From a bacterium (GTDB taxonomy: Bacteria; Zhuqueibacterota; Zhuqueibacteria; Residuimicrobiales; Krinioviventaceae): a stretch of 64,000 nt of DNA. The DNA lies in the NCBI GenBank assembly GCA_963674595.2, contig CAXXFV010000015.1, positions 288,001 to 352,000 on the forward strand, written 5' to 3'. Below, one piece after another: positions 27,275-36,521 of the stretch (its first letter is position 1; each line of letters begins with the position of its first letter). The notes below the pieces were generated by a model. The model ran no database searches. It saw only the letters and a program-made list of their open reading frames with translations, and was not told where the DNA came from. The position numbers were made by a program, and so were the translations under genes.

Positions 27275-29293
27275 ATGCTTTTTAATCGTCTCATAAAGAT
27301 TTATTGGACAAGTTTTTTTGTTTTGGTAATGATATCGATGATCTCTGCACAAGAGATTACCATTGTACAAAATTCAGGTGATTTCAATTCCTCTCTGTGG
27401 CAGACAACCAACAGCGCTACGGTAACTTCAAATATTATGCTGACGCCGGCGAGTTCGGCCCAAAAGGGAACGGCCTATTATAAACAGCGTGTATATCTGG
27501 ACAATGACAGGTCCTTTTCTGCTTATTTTCAGTTTAGTTTAACCAATTCCGGTTCTTATTCACCGCGCACCCCCGGTGCGGATGGTTTTTGTTTTGTACT
27601 GCAAACAACATCCAATACGGCCGGTAGTGTAGGCAGCGGTATGGGCTATGCCGGTGTAACACCTTCAGTAGCCGTTGAGTTTGATACCTATCAAAATGCA
27701 AGCTCTACAGACCCGGATGAGGGAAATTCCGATGGTCATAATGCAGACGGCGGGTGGTATACTCTTGGTTATAACCATATTTCAATTTTAAGTGACGGAT
27801 CGGTCAGCAACCACTTGAGTTATGAATATTTGGATATGGGTGATGATGGCACTATTGACAGTGATAATCCCCTGCAATCAGGGACCTGGTCTGTTTGGGT
27901 GGATTATAATGGTGAGAGCGATCTATTAGAGGTCCGATATGTTAAAGACTCTACGATCCGCCCTTCATCAGCGAATTTAAGTTATAATATCGACCTGTCA
28001 AACAAATTTTCAGACCGTGATGTATTTGTGGGATTTTCATCCGCTACGGGTAATGCCTGGTCAAAACACTCTATTTTAGAGTTTTTGTTTGAAAATTCAT
28101 ACGCTTCTTCCGGCCTAAGCACCAGTGCGTCTTATACAGCGGCTACACCCCCTGCCGCACCGGATGATCAGGACCTTTCTGTTGTTTCCGGTAATACTGT
28201 TACGATTACGGCGGTCAGCAGCAGCGCGGGCGTGGATGATTATTTTTGGTTTGACAGCTCTACCAGTGAAAATCCCATTGCCACTGGATCGGCTTATACT
28301 ACACCTGAGTTATCTTCCAGCACCATTTATTATGTTACCGCTGTAAACAACGAAGCCGGTTTGCAAAGTACGTCACGCGGTGTTGTTAGTATTACAGTGG
28401 ATTCAAACCCCCCTCCCAATCCGGCGTTGAACCCTGATCCCGAAACGAATTCAACAGATATTGACCCTGGCACCACGTTTTCATGGTCGGCGCCGACAGC
28501 CGGTGAAGCACCTACCGGGTATAAAATATATTTTGGTACGGATGATCCTCCGACTAATATTGTAAATGGTTCGGATTTGGGGAATGTAACGGTTTATGAT
28601 CCTTCTGGTTTGGTGTCTAGTACAACATATTATTGGAAAATCGTACCTTATAATGGTGACGGCGATTGTACAACAGCTCCCGTATGGAATTTTACCACAT
28701 CAGATGCCTCGTTGCCGGTAGAGCTTTCTCTCTTTACCGCCGAACAGCAGGGCGCGTCTGTGCGGCTTGAATGGACCACAGAAAGTGAACGAGATAATGC
28801 CGGGTTTGAAATTCAACGTTCGTGGAATGATAATAACTGGAAAACCATCGCTTCCTACAAAACCCATTCGGCATTGGTCGGGCAGGGCACCACATCATCG
28901 CGAACCGAATACACTTTTACTGATATATCTGCCGACGCTGACGTTTTGTATTATCGTTTACGGGATGTTCATATCAACGGATCAGCGGGAAAGTGGACGG
29001 AAACAAAGATTGTTCGAAATAATTTGCCGCAGCAGTTTGTGTTACATGATGCTTATCCCAATCCTTTTAATCCACAGACAAATATTGATTTTGAACTGCC
29101 GGAAAAATGTAATGTGTGTATAAAAATATTTAACGTTAAAGGTCAATGTGTGGAAGACTTGGCGGAACAGTCCTTTGACGCGGGCGTTCACTCTGTTGTG
29201 TGGACGGCTGTGGACCAACCCAGCGGATTGTATTTCATCCATTTACAGGCCGGAGGATTCAAGGCTGTACGCAGTGTTGTGCTTTTGAAATAA
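27275..29293 (+). CDS. Secreted L-type (legume) lectin / Ig / FN3 protein with T9SS-type C-terminal sorting domain
   Basis: Signal peptide; LT......G.A.Y, GADGF.FVLQ, SVAVEFDTY, NH, FVGFS.ATG; LPVEL..F.A, YPNPFNP.T.I, SGLYF. Confidence 0.88.
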   Translation: MLFNRLIKIYWTSFFVLVMISMISAQEITIVQNSGDFNSSLWQTTNSATVTSNIMLTPASSAQKGTAYYKQRVYLDNDRSFSAYFQFSLTNSGSYSPRTPGADGFCFVLQTTSNTAGSVGSGMGYAGVTPSVAVEFDTYQNASSTDPDEGNSDGHNADGGWYTLGYNHISILSDGSVSNHLSYEYLDMGDDGTIDSDNPLQSGTWSVWVDYNGESDLLEVRYVKDSTIRPSSANLSYNIDLSNKFSDRDVFVGFSSATGNAWSKHSILEFLFENSYASSGLSTSASYTAATPPAAPDDQDLSVVSGNTVTITAVSSSAGVDDYFWFDSSTSENPIATGSAYTTPELSSSTIYYVTAVNNEAGLQSTSRGVVSITVDSNPPPNPALNPDPETNSTDIDPGTTFSWSAPTAGEAPTGYKIYFGTDDPPTNIVNGSDLGNVTVYDPSGLVSSTTYYWKIVPYNGDGDCTTAPVWNFTTSDASLPVELSLFTAEQQGASVRLEWTTESERDNAGFEIQRSWNDNNWKTIASYKTHSALVGQGTTSSRTEYTFTDISADADVLYYRLRDVHINGSAGKWTETKIVRNNLPQQFVLHDAYPNPFNPQTNIDFELPEKCNVCIKIFNVKGQCVEDLAEQSFDAGVHSVVWTAVDQPSGLYFIHLQAGGFKAVRSVVLLK

Positions 29294-29361
29294 TTTGATA
29301 ATAGAATAAAATTCATAAACAGGTTTTTATTCGTATTTATCTGTCTGTGATGAATATATTT

Positions 29362-29400
29362 AAACGCTGACAGGACTTAAAATCGTGTCAGCGTTTTTTT
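29362..29400 (+). terminator. Intrinsic terminator
   Basis: AAACGCTGACA...TGTCAGCGTTTTTTT. Confidence 0.75.
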
Positions 29401-29472
29401 ATAAATAATATGTTTAAAAAGTAATGCTTTTTTGTTATATTAGTTTTAATTTTCCTGCCAATATAAACATTT

Positions 29473-32343
29473 TTGTCAATGTTTAATCGCCTGAGGAATA
29501 AATTGACCCGATTTCATCGATTATTGTACTATAGCCTGATTCTTTTTATGGTGGTTTTTTCAAGATCAACTTTTTGTTACAGCACGTTGATGAGCGAACC
29601 CGGTAAAAATTCGAAAACATCAGATGAAATATACAATATCGAGACCGGTTGGCAGTATCGCACAGGTGATTCTCCACAGGATTCAAATGGTCGGTTAACC
29701 TGGCTGGATGATAGTCTTGATTCCAGTGCATGGACATCTGTGGACAAGTTCAGCGATATACCTGTTTCAGGATATAAAAGTCTATGGGTACGAACCCGTC
29801 TTCCGGATATTAAAGTTTTTAACTCGGCGCTCTATTTTCCAAGTGTACGGCAAATAGTTCAAATTTACTTGAATGGACAGCAAATTTATCAATTTGGCGA
29901 TTTCACAACCAAAGATAAAGACCACTTTGTGGGCTGGCGTATTATGCTTGTGCGTTTGCCCGAAGATTATGCTGATGGTATTCTCTGTTTCCGAATCTGG
30001 TCCAGCGGATCTACTATTGGTCTCAATCAGCCTCTCCGGCTTGTTTCGGCAAATGTTGTCTTAACTGACTTGTTCTTAAGAGATGCTGATGAAATTATTG
30101 TTGCGCCGCTTTTTATTATTCTTGGTTTTGTGCTGCTGATTGTTTTTTTGTTTTTTCAGAGAAACAGGCTGTTGATAGGAATTGCTCTTTTTCTAATACC
30201 AATTGGTGTATTTACAGGCAGCAATTCTTACTTTCTTCTAGCCTTGATTGACAAGCCGTATCTTTTTTTTCTGCTGGATTTTTTCTCATTAATGATTTGT
30301 CCCATTGGAGGCCTGTATCTTACAGAGCAGATTATTGTCAAAAATTTCAGGCCTGTTGTCAGGCGGCTTTGGCAGGCACACCTGATTTTGTTACTAATTT
30401 CAATAATATCCACAATTGTTTTTAAGAACCGCTTTACGGACTTGTTTTATCAGCTTTTTTTCATATTGAGTTCAGTGAGCACCATTATAAGTTTTATTTT
30501 GGTCATTAAGAGTTTACACAAAGGCAGGCGGGAGATAAAATTACTTTTTATCGGATTGATTATTTTTTACTTTTTTGGGGGCAGCGAAATTTTCCTGCAC
30601 TATGTAATACATGTGTCATCACATGTTAATTTGCTTCATTTCGGTACCTTTGGTTTTGTTGTCTGTCTGGCCTGGATCGTCATCGACAGATACATTGACA
30701 CCATTCGCCAGCAAGAGATTGCACAGGAAAAAGTTATCGAGTCGGAAAAAATTAAAGAAATCGACAGGATGAAATCCCGGTTTTTTGCCAATATTTCCCA
30801 TGAATTTCGCACGCCCCTGACATTGATTATGGGCACAGCCAAACAGATTTTGGAGACCTCGAAGGATAAAAGCATACGCACAAAATCTCAGCTACAGATA
30901 AAGAACGGAAGGCGACTGCTGAACCTGGTCAATGAACTACTGGAACTGTCCCGGATCGAAGCAGGACGTATGGATTTAAAAATCGAATTGACGGATATAT
31001 TGCCGCTGATAAAAGGGGTTTGCCACGCTTTTGAATCGTATGTATTGCATAATAAAATCGATATGGTTTTTGCATCAGATCTGGATACTGCCCTCATTTG
31101 GATTGATCGCGATAAAATAGAAAAAGTAGTGACCAATCTGGTTTCGAATGCCGTCAAGTTTACACATTCAGGCGGGCAGATCAAAATATCTGTTTCTCAA
31201 TACGAGTGCCTGGAAATAAGGATAGCCGATACGGGTCCGGGAATTGCAGGTCAGCACCTTCCCCATGTTTTCGACCGTTTTTACCAGGTGGACAATGAAT
31301 ATAGACAAGATCAGCAGGGGAGCGGCATTGGCCTTGCGTTGGCCCGTGAACTGGTACATTTGCATCATGGTGAGATTACCGCGCAAAGTGAAATCGGCAG
31401 TGGCAGCACATTCATCGTGCAGTTGCCGATAGGGCGTGAACACTTTTCAGAAGAAGAGTTGGCGGCTTTACCTTTAGTGCCTGCTTTAGAACCTGATCCA
31501 GGGGCTTCAAGTTCAGCAGAATCTCTGACAATTGAGGAGATTAGCGAGGATGTTCCGAATGTGCGTGTCCGGCGTTCAAAGAAAAAGGGTGCACCCATCA
31601 TCCTCATTACAGAGGACAATACCGACCTTCGTGCTTATATCCGTGATATAATAGAGGGGGAATACGAAATTCTGGAGGCCGGGGACGGGAAGGAAGGCTT
31701 TCAACAGGCAATTGAAAGCATACCGGATCTGGTGATCAGTGATGTGATGATGCCCAAAATGGACGGTTACCAGTTTTGTGAAAAACTAAAAACAGATGAA
31801 CGAACCAGTCACATCCCTGTGGTTTTGCTTACCGCCAGGTCGGACAGCGCCAGCAAAATAGAAGGCCTTACGCAGGGCGCCGACGACTATCTCACCAAAC
31901 CCTTTGAACCGGATGAGCTGCAAGTGCGGGTTAAAAATCTTATTGAGCAGCGCCGCAAACTGCGCGAACGGTTCAGCAGACAGATTACCACATCTTTTGC
32001 GGATATTGCAGTTATGCCCGCAGATGAAAAATTTTTAAAACGTGCTGTGGATATTATCGAAATCCATCTTGATAATCCCGATTTAAGTGTAGACTGGCTC
32101 AGCAACAAGCTGGCTCTTTCACGCTCTCAATTGCATAGAAAAATTCATGCTCTCACCAATCAAACCGTTGTTGATTTCATCCGTACCATCCGTTTAAAAC
32201 ATGCTGTACAAATGCTGGAAGCCCGGACCGCCACCATATCTGAAATTGCCTACCAAACAGGTTTCGGCAGCCCGGATTATTTCAGACGTTGTTTTAAAAA
32301 GCAGTTTGGCATGTCTCCTTCTCAATACATTTCTCTCAAATAA
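29473..32343 (+). CDS. Hybrid two-component system (extracellular sensor, 7TM, HisKA, HATPase, REC, AraC HTH)
   Basis: FFANISHEFRTPLT, NLVSNAVKFT, DTGPGI, GSGIGL, SDVMMP, DDYLTKPF, GF.SP.YF.RCFKKQFG.SPS. Confidence 0.95.
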   Translation: MSMFNRLRNKLTRFHRLLYYSLILFMVVFSRSTFCYSTLMSEPGKNSKTSDEIYNIETGWQYRTGDSPQDSNGRLTWLDDSLDSSAWTSVDKFSDIPVSGYKSLWVRTRLPDIKVFNSALYFPSVRQIVQIYLNGQQIYQFGDFTTKDKDHFVGWRIMLVRLPEDYADGILCFRIWSSGSTIGLNQPLRLVSANVVLTDLFLRDADEIIVAPLFIILGFVLLIVFLFFQRNRLLIGIALFLIPIGVFTGSNSYFLLALIDKPYLFFLLDFFSLMICPIGGLYLTEQIIVKNFRPVVRRLWQAHLILLLISIISTIVFKNRFTDLFYQLFFILSSVSTIISFILVIKSLHKGRREIKLLFIGLIIFYFFGGSEIFLHYVIHVSSHVNLLHFGTFGFVVCLAWIVIDRYIDTIRQQEIAQEKVIESEKIKEIDRMKSRFFANISHEFRTPLTLIMGTAKQILETSKDKSIRTKSQLQIKNGRRLLNLVNELLELSRIEAGRMDLKIELTDILPLIKGVCHAFESYVLHNKIDMVFASDLDTALIWIDRDKIEKVVTNLVSNAVKFTHSGGQIKISVSQYECLEIRIADTGPGIAGQHLPHVFDRFYQVDNEYRQDQQGSGIGLALARELVHLHHGEITAQSEIGSGSTFIVQLPIGREHFSEEELAALPLVPALEPDPGASSSAESLTIEEISEDVPNVRVRRSKKKGAPIILITEDNTDLRAYIRDIIEGEYEILEAGDGKEGFQQAIESIPDLVISDVMMPKMDGYQFCEKLKTDERTSHIPVVLLTARSDSASKIEGLTQGADDYLTKPFEPDELQVRVKNLIEQRRKLRERFSRQITTSFADIAVMPADEKFLKRAVDIIEIHLDNPDLSVDWLSNKLALSRSQLHRKIHALTNQTVVDFIRTIRLKHAVQMLEARTATISEIAYQTGFGSPDYFRRCFKKQFGMSPSQYISLK

Positions 32344-32374
32344 TTTCTCTCAAATAATTCCTCAAAAAAACAAA

Positions 32375-32407
32375 TGCGACATATGTTCTGCTTTTTGCGA
32401 CATGTGT
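32375..32407 (+). promoter_or_regulatory. Direct repeat TGCGACAT(A/G)TGT x2 (21-nt period), probable HTCS operator
   Basis: Copies at 32375 and 32396, between the HTCS stop and the first FISUMP gene. Confidence 0.65.
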
Positions 32408-32476
32408 GCTTGTTACCTTTTCTCAAAGATTTTTATATTGGGCCTTATTTTATTCTGTTAAATATTGAGGCAGTCT

Positions 32477-33433
32477 ATGAAATATGTAACCATCCTTTTA
32501 TTATTCCTGTCCATTTCAGTCCATTCTCAAGAAATGGTTGTTTCCAACGTTCGTATGGTACAACGAACCGACGGCAATTTTATGGTTGATATAGTGTACG
32601 ATTTAAGTTATACAGGGGAGAATATGATTGCTATCGCTGTTGAAGCATCGGCTGATAACGGGGCAACATGGGATTTAGAGTGTAAAAGCCTGACGGGTGA
32701 TGCAGGTGGAAATATCACACCGGGTACAGACAAGCATGTCGTATGGGATTTTTATGCAGACAATCCAAATGTTTCAGGAAATCAATACAAAGTCCGTGTA
32801 ACTGCCAGTGATGAGTACATGATGGGCAATGACGGAAAACTGTATAAAACCGTTCAAATCGGCAATCAGCTTTGGATGGCGGAGAATTTAAAAGAGACAG
32901 TGTACAGGAATGGCGACCCGATACCTGAAGAAACCAATGGTCGTGACTGGCCGTTTTTTACCTCCGGCGCACGTTGTTCTTATGACAACTCGGAGTCATT
33001 AGCTGAGATTTATGGATATCTGTATAACTGGTATGCAGCCGTTGATACCCGGCATATAGCGCCCGAGGGTTGGCATGTGCCTTCAGATGTGGAGTGGAAT
33101 ATTTTACGCTCTTATCTTGGGCCTAATAGTATTCATATTGGGGCTGGGGGCAAGATGAAAGAAACAGGAACCGTGCATTGGGGTTCTCCAAATGATGGGG
33201 CTACAAACGAGAGCGGATTTACCGCACTTCCTGCGGGATATCGATTTGGTGAAGATACGGATTATACGGGGTTTTTTTCACAACTCCAAAATTCTACCTA
33301 TTACTGGAATTCAACAAGCAGCACTAGTGAAAATGTAGAGATGTTGTGTCAATATCACGCTATGTTGGAACATGTGTATAACCAAAAGACTTATGGCCTC
33401 TCTATACGTCTGATCAAAGACAAAGATGAATAA
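32477..33433 (+). CDS. FISUMP-domain secreted protein, array copy 1
   Basis: Signal peptide; VSNVRMVQRTDG..VDI.YD N-domain; Y.TVQIG.Q.WMAENL, YGYLYNWY, APEGWHVP, GLSIRLIKD. Confidence 0.9.
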   Translation: MKYVTILLLFLSISVHSQEMVVSNVRMVQRTDGNFMVDIVYDLSYTGENMIAIAVEASADNGATWDLECKSLTGDAGGNITPGTDKHVVWDFYADNPNVSGNQYKVRVTASDEYMMGNDGKLYKTVQIGNQLWMAENLKETVYRNGDPIPEETNGRDWPFFTSGARCSYDNSESLAEIYGYLYNWYAAVDTRHIAPEGWHVPSDVEWNILRSYLGPNSIHIGAGGKMKETGTVHWGSPNDGATNESGFTALPAGYRFGEDTDYTGFFSQLQNSTYYWNSTSSTSENVEMLCQYHAMLEHVYNQKTYGLSIRLIKDKDE

Positions 33434-33470
33434 AGCGCTTGATAATATCATATGTAATTTAAGGAAACAC

Positions 33471-34439
33471 ATGAAATTTTTAATAACCGTACCAACATTA
33501 CTCTTGACCGCTGTCTGCCTGTTCGCCCAGGTTTCCAATGTTCGTGTGCAACAGCGCACCGACGGCAGTTTGATGGTAGATATTTATTACGATTTCAGTA
33601 ATCCCGTAGTTTTTGATATGGAAATTATGGGGATGCAAGCCTCTAATGACAACGGTGCAACCTGGGACCTGGACTGCGTTAGCCTGACCGGTGATATTGG
33701 CGCAGAGGTTACTTTTGGAACAGACAGGCATATTGTGTGGGACTTTTACGCGGATAATCCCGGTATGAGCGGTGACCAGTTCAAAGTTCGTCTTCTCTAT
33801 TATTTATTTGACTTTATGATTGGCAACGACGGCACGGTATACAAAACCGTCAAGATCGGCGACCAGTGGTGGATGGCCGAGAATTTAAGAGAAACAAAAT
33901 ATAATAATGGTGTAGAAATACCGGTGATAACGGATGATTATGAATGGGAACATTGCTATAGCTTTAACAGAGCCGCGCGTTGTGTTTATAATCATGACGA
34001 ATCAAATGCAGATACCTATGGATACATTTATAATGGACACGCTGCAAACAACAGTAAAATTGCACCTGTTGGCTGGCACCTGGCGACTGATGATGATTGG
34101 AAAGAGCTGGAAATGTTTATGGGGATGACTCAGGCTCAAGCTGATGAATTTGGAACTCGTGGTACTGACCAAGGCGCCAAATTAAAGTCAATAACAAGCT
34201 GGGACTCAGGTAATGGCAATAATATAACCAGGTTTTCTGCCATACCAGGCGGCTATAGGTGGACTCGTGGTAATTTTTCCTCCTTGGGTGAGATGACTGT
34301 TTTTATATCCAGTTACATCACAGAGTATGTAAATAATAGTTTATGTTTTACTCGAAGGATTAAAGAAGGTGCGGATGGTATAGAAAGAATGTCTGAATTT
34401 TCAGTAATGGGTGGTTATATCCGCCTGGTTAAAGACTAA
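33471..34439 (+). CDS. FISUMP-domain secreted protein, array copy 2
   Basis: Same architecture; ATG 33471 after AAGGA. Confidence 0.9.
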   Translation: MKFLITVPTLLLTAVCLFAQVSNVRVQQRTDGSLMVDIYYDFSNPVVFDMEIMGMQASNDNGATWDLDCVSLTGDIGAEVTFGTDRHIVWDFYADNPGMSGDQFKVRLLYYLFDFMIGNDGTVYKTVKIGDQWWMAENLRETKYNNGVEIPVITDDYEWEHCYSFNRAARCVYNHDESNADTYGYIYNGHAANNSKIAPVGWHLATDDDWKELEMFMGMTQAQADEFGTRGTDQGAKLKSITSWDSGNGNNITRFSAIPGGYRWTRGNFSSLGEMTVFISSYITEYVNNSLCFTRRIKEGADGIERMSEFSVMGGYIRLVKD

Positions 34440-34474
34440 TGACGTGCTAGTTTTATATTGATATGAGGAAACAC

Positions 34475-35440
34475 ATGAAATTTTTAATAACCGTAGGAAC
34501 ATTGCTTTTAACCATTGGCCCCCTGTTCGCACAGGTCTCCAACGTGCGTGTGCAGCAGCGCACAGATGGCTCTTTGATGGTGGATATTTGTTATGATTTT
34601 ATCAATCCCAATGGCTATGACACCGAAATAGCAGTCATGGCCTCTAACGACAACGGCGTGACCTGGGAGTTAGCGTGTTCAAGCTCAAACCAGACCGGCG
34701 ATGTGGGCGAAGACATTAGCGCTGGTACAGACAAGCACATTGTGTGGGACTTTTACGCGGACAATCCCAATACCAGCGGCAGCCAGTTCAAGGTCCGGGT
34801 CCTGTACTATTTCTATGATACCATGACCGGCAACGACGGCACGGTATACAAAACCGTCAAGATTGGCAACCAATGGTGGATGGCGGAAAATTTAAGAGAA
34901 ACTAAATACCGTGATGGGTCAGAAATAGTATTAGCAACTCATGATTGGATGTATAACGAAGACGCCGCAAGAGGCATAAGATGTATTTATAACAACAATG
35001 AAAGTAATGCTGCAACGTATGGCTATTTGTACAATTGGTATGCCGCTGCCCAAAGTGGTATAGCCCCCGAAGGCTGGCATGTGCCAACGGATGAGGAGTG
35101 GAACGTACTGGAAGCCTATTTAGAAATAGGGGCCCCGGATACTCAGGTTGGTGATTATAGTGGTTATAATGGTCAAGGCGCCAAATTCACGAGTGCTGAG
35201 TACTGGGATCGTAAACTGGATAATAATAGCCCCTACTTTAACATCAGCCGTTTTTCAGCAGTGCCCGGCGGTATGCGTTGGGATACAGGTGAGTTCAATG
35301 GAATAGATTATGATGCCAATTTTTGGACTGCAACAAGCCCTTCTAGAGACCGAGCGTGGTGCCGATCAGCAGCCACTTCGTATTACCACAACGCCGTTAG
35401 CAAGTATCAAGGTTTTTCTATCCGCTTGGTCAAAGATTAA
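34475..35440 (+). CDS. FISUMP-domain secreted protein, array copy 3
   Basis: Same architecture; ATG 34475 after GAGGA. Confidence 0.9.
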   Translation: MKFLITVGTLLLTIGPLFAQVSNVRVQQRTDGSLMVDICYDFINPNGYDTEIAVMASNDNGVTWELACSSSNQTGDVGEDISAGTDKHIVWDFYADNPNTSGSQFKVRVLYYFYDTMTGNDGTVYKTVKIGNQWWMAENLRETKYRDGSEIVLATHDWMYNEDAARGIRCIYNNNESNAATYGYLYNWYAAAQSGIAPEGWHVPTDEEWNVLEAYLEIGAPDTQVGDYSGYNGQGAKFTSAEYWDRKLDNNSPYFNISRFSAVPGGMRWDTGEFNGIDYDANFWTATSPSRDRAWCRSAATSYYHNAVSKYQGFSIRLVKD

Positions 35441-35476
35441 TAACGTGCTTAATACTAATATAATATGAGGAAAAAC

Positions 35477-36468
35477 ATGAGATTTTCAACAACCATATTA
35501 TTATTGATTTTAATGATGGGATGCCTGTACGCCCAGGTCTCCAACGTGCGGGTGCAGCAGCGCACGGACGGTACTTTTATGGTTGATATCTGGTACGATT
35601 TTAACAACCCTCAAGGGTATGATAACGAAATCACGGTCAAAGCATCTGACGATAACGGCGCAAGCTGGAACCTGTACTGCATTAGCCTCACCGGCGACCT
35701 GGGTGAGAACATTACCGCCGGCACAGACAAGCACATAGTGTGGGATTTTTATGCCGACAATCCCAATATGAGCGGCAGCCAGTTCAAAGTGTGTGTGCTT
35801 TATTCTTTTTATAGCACCATGACCGGCAATGACGGCACGGTCTACAAAACCGTCAAGATTGACGACCAGTGGTGGATGGCTGAAAATTTAAGAGAGACTC
35901 AATATCGTGATGGAACCAGCATAAAAGAAATAGCAGATAGTTTTTATTGGCCTCTCGGTTATTCAGGCCGGTGTGCATATGAAAACGTTGAAAGTAATGC
36001 TGATACGTATGGCTATTTATATAATTGGTATGCTTGTGACGATGACCACCAAATTGCCCCCCGGGCTGGCATATGCCAACAGATAGTGATTGGAAAGAAC
36101 TGGAACGCTCCCTGGGCATGAGTGAAAGTAACGTGAATGCTACCTATAGGCCTGATAGCCGTGAAGGCAGTAAACTCGCCGGTCGTGCTGATTTGTGGTG
36201 GGGAGGTGGTCTTTTGGAGACTGATGCCAACTTTGATGTTAGTGGTTTTTGCGCGGTGCCAGGCGGTTACCGCAACTACGATTATGAGGGTGATTTCACC
36301 CAAAAAAATTACAAGGCCCGTTTTTGGACCGCTTCGGAGGAAGATGAAATTCACATATATGACCCTTCTTACGCGTGGTATCGCGGGTTGGACCATACGA
36401 ATGCATATCTCCACCGTTCATATACCTATAAGGAGCATGGTTTTTCTATTCGCCTGGTCAAAGATTAA
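35477..36468 (+). pseudogene. FISUMP-domain secreted protein, array copy 4, frameshifted at a C6 tract (36057-36062)
   Basis: ORFs 35465-36121 and 36073-36468 join into one paralogue (IAPxGWHMPTD) if one base is added at GCCCCCCGGG. Confidence 0.85.
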
Positions 36469-36521
36469 CCAATGATCATAAACAAAAATGTTATTAATTA
36501 ACAACTAAAATAGAGGTTAAC

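Larger units (their letters stand above)
32477..36468 (+). repeat. Tandem ~1.0 kb gene-sized repeat, four units
   Basis: Starts at 32477, 33471, 34475, 35477; shared blocks such as TGGGACTTTTACGCGGA and GACGGCACGGTATACAAAACCGTCAAGAT, and similar intergenic spacers. Confidence 0.9.

Noticed and set aside
32331-32360. Tandem 14-mer TTCTCTCAAATAAT at the HTCS stop
   Set aside because: Two copies only; likely local slippage with no evident function.
32477-36468. Diversity-generating retroelement acting on the FISUMP genes
   Set aside because: No reverse transcriptase, Avd or non-coding template repeat in the window, and paralogue differences include indels and are not visibly adenine-restricted. 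A remote DGR cannot be excluded.
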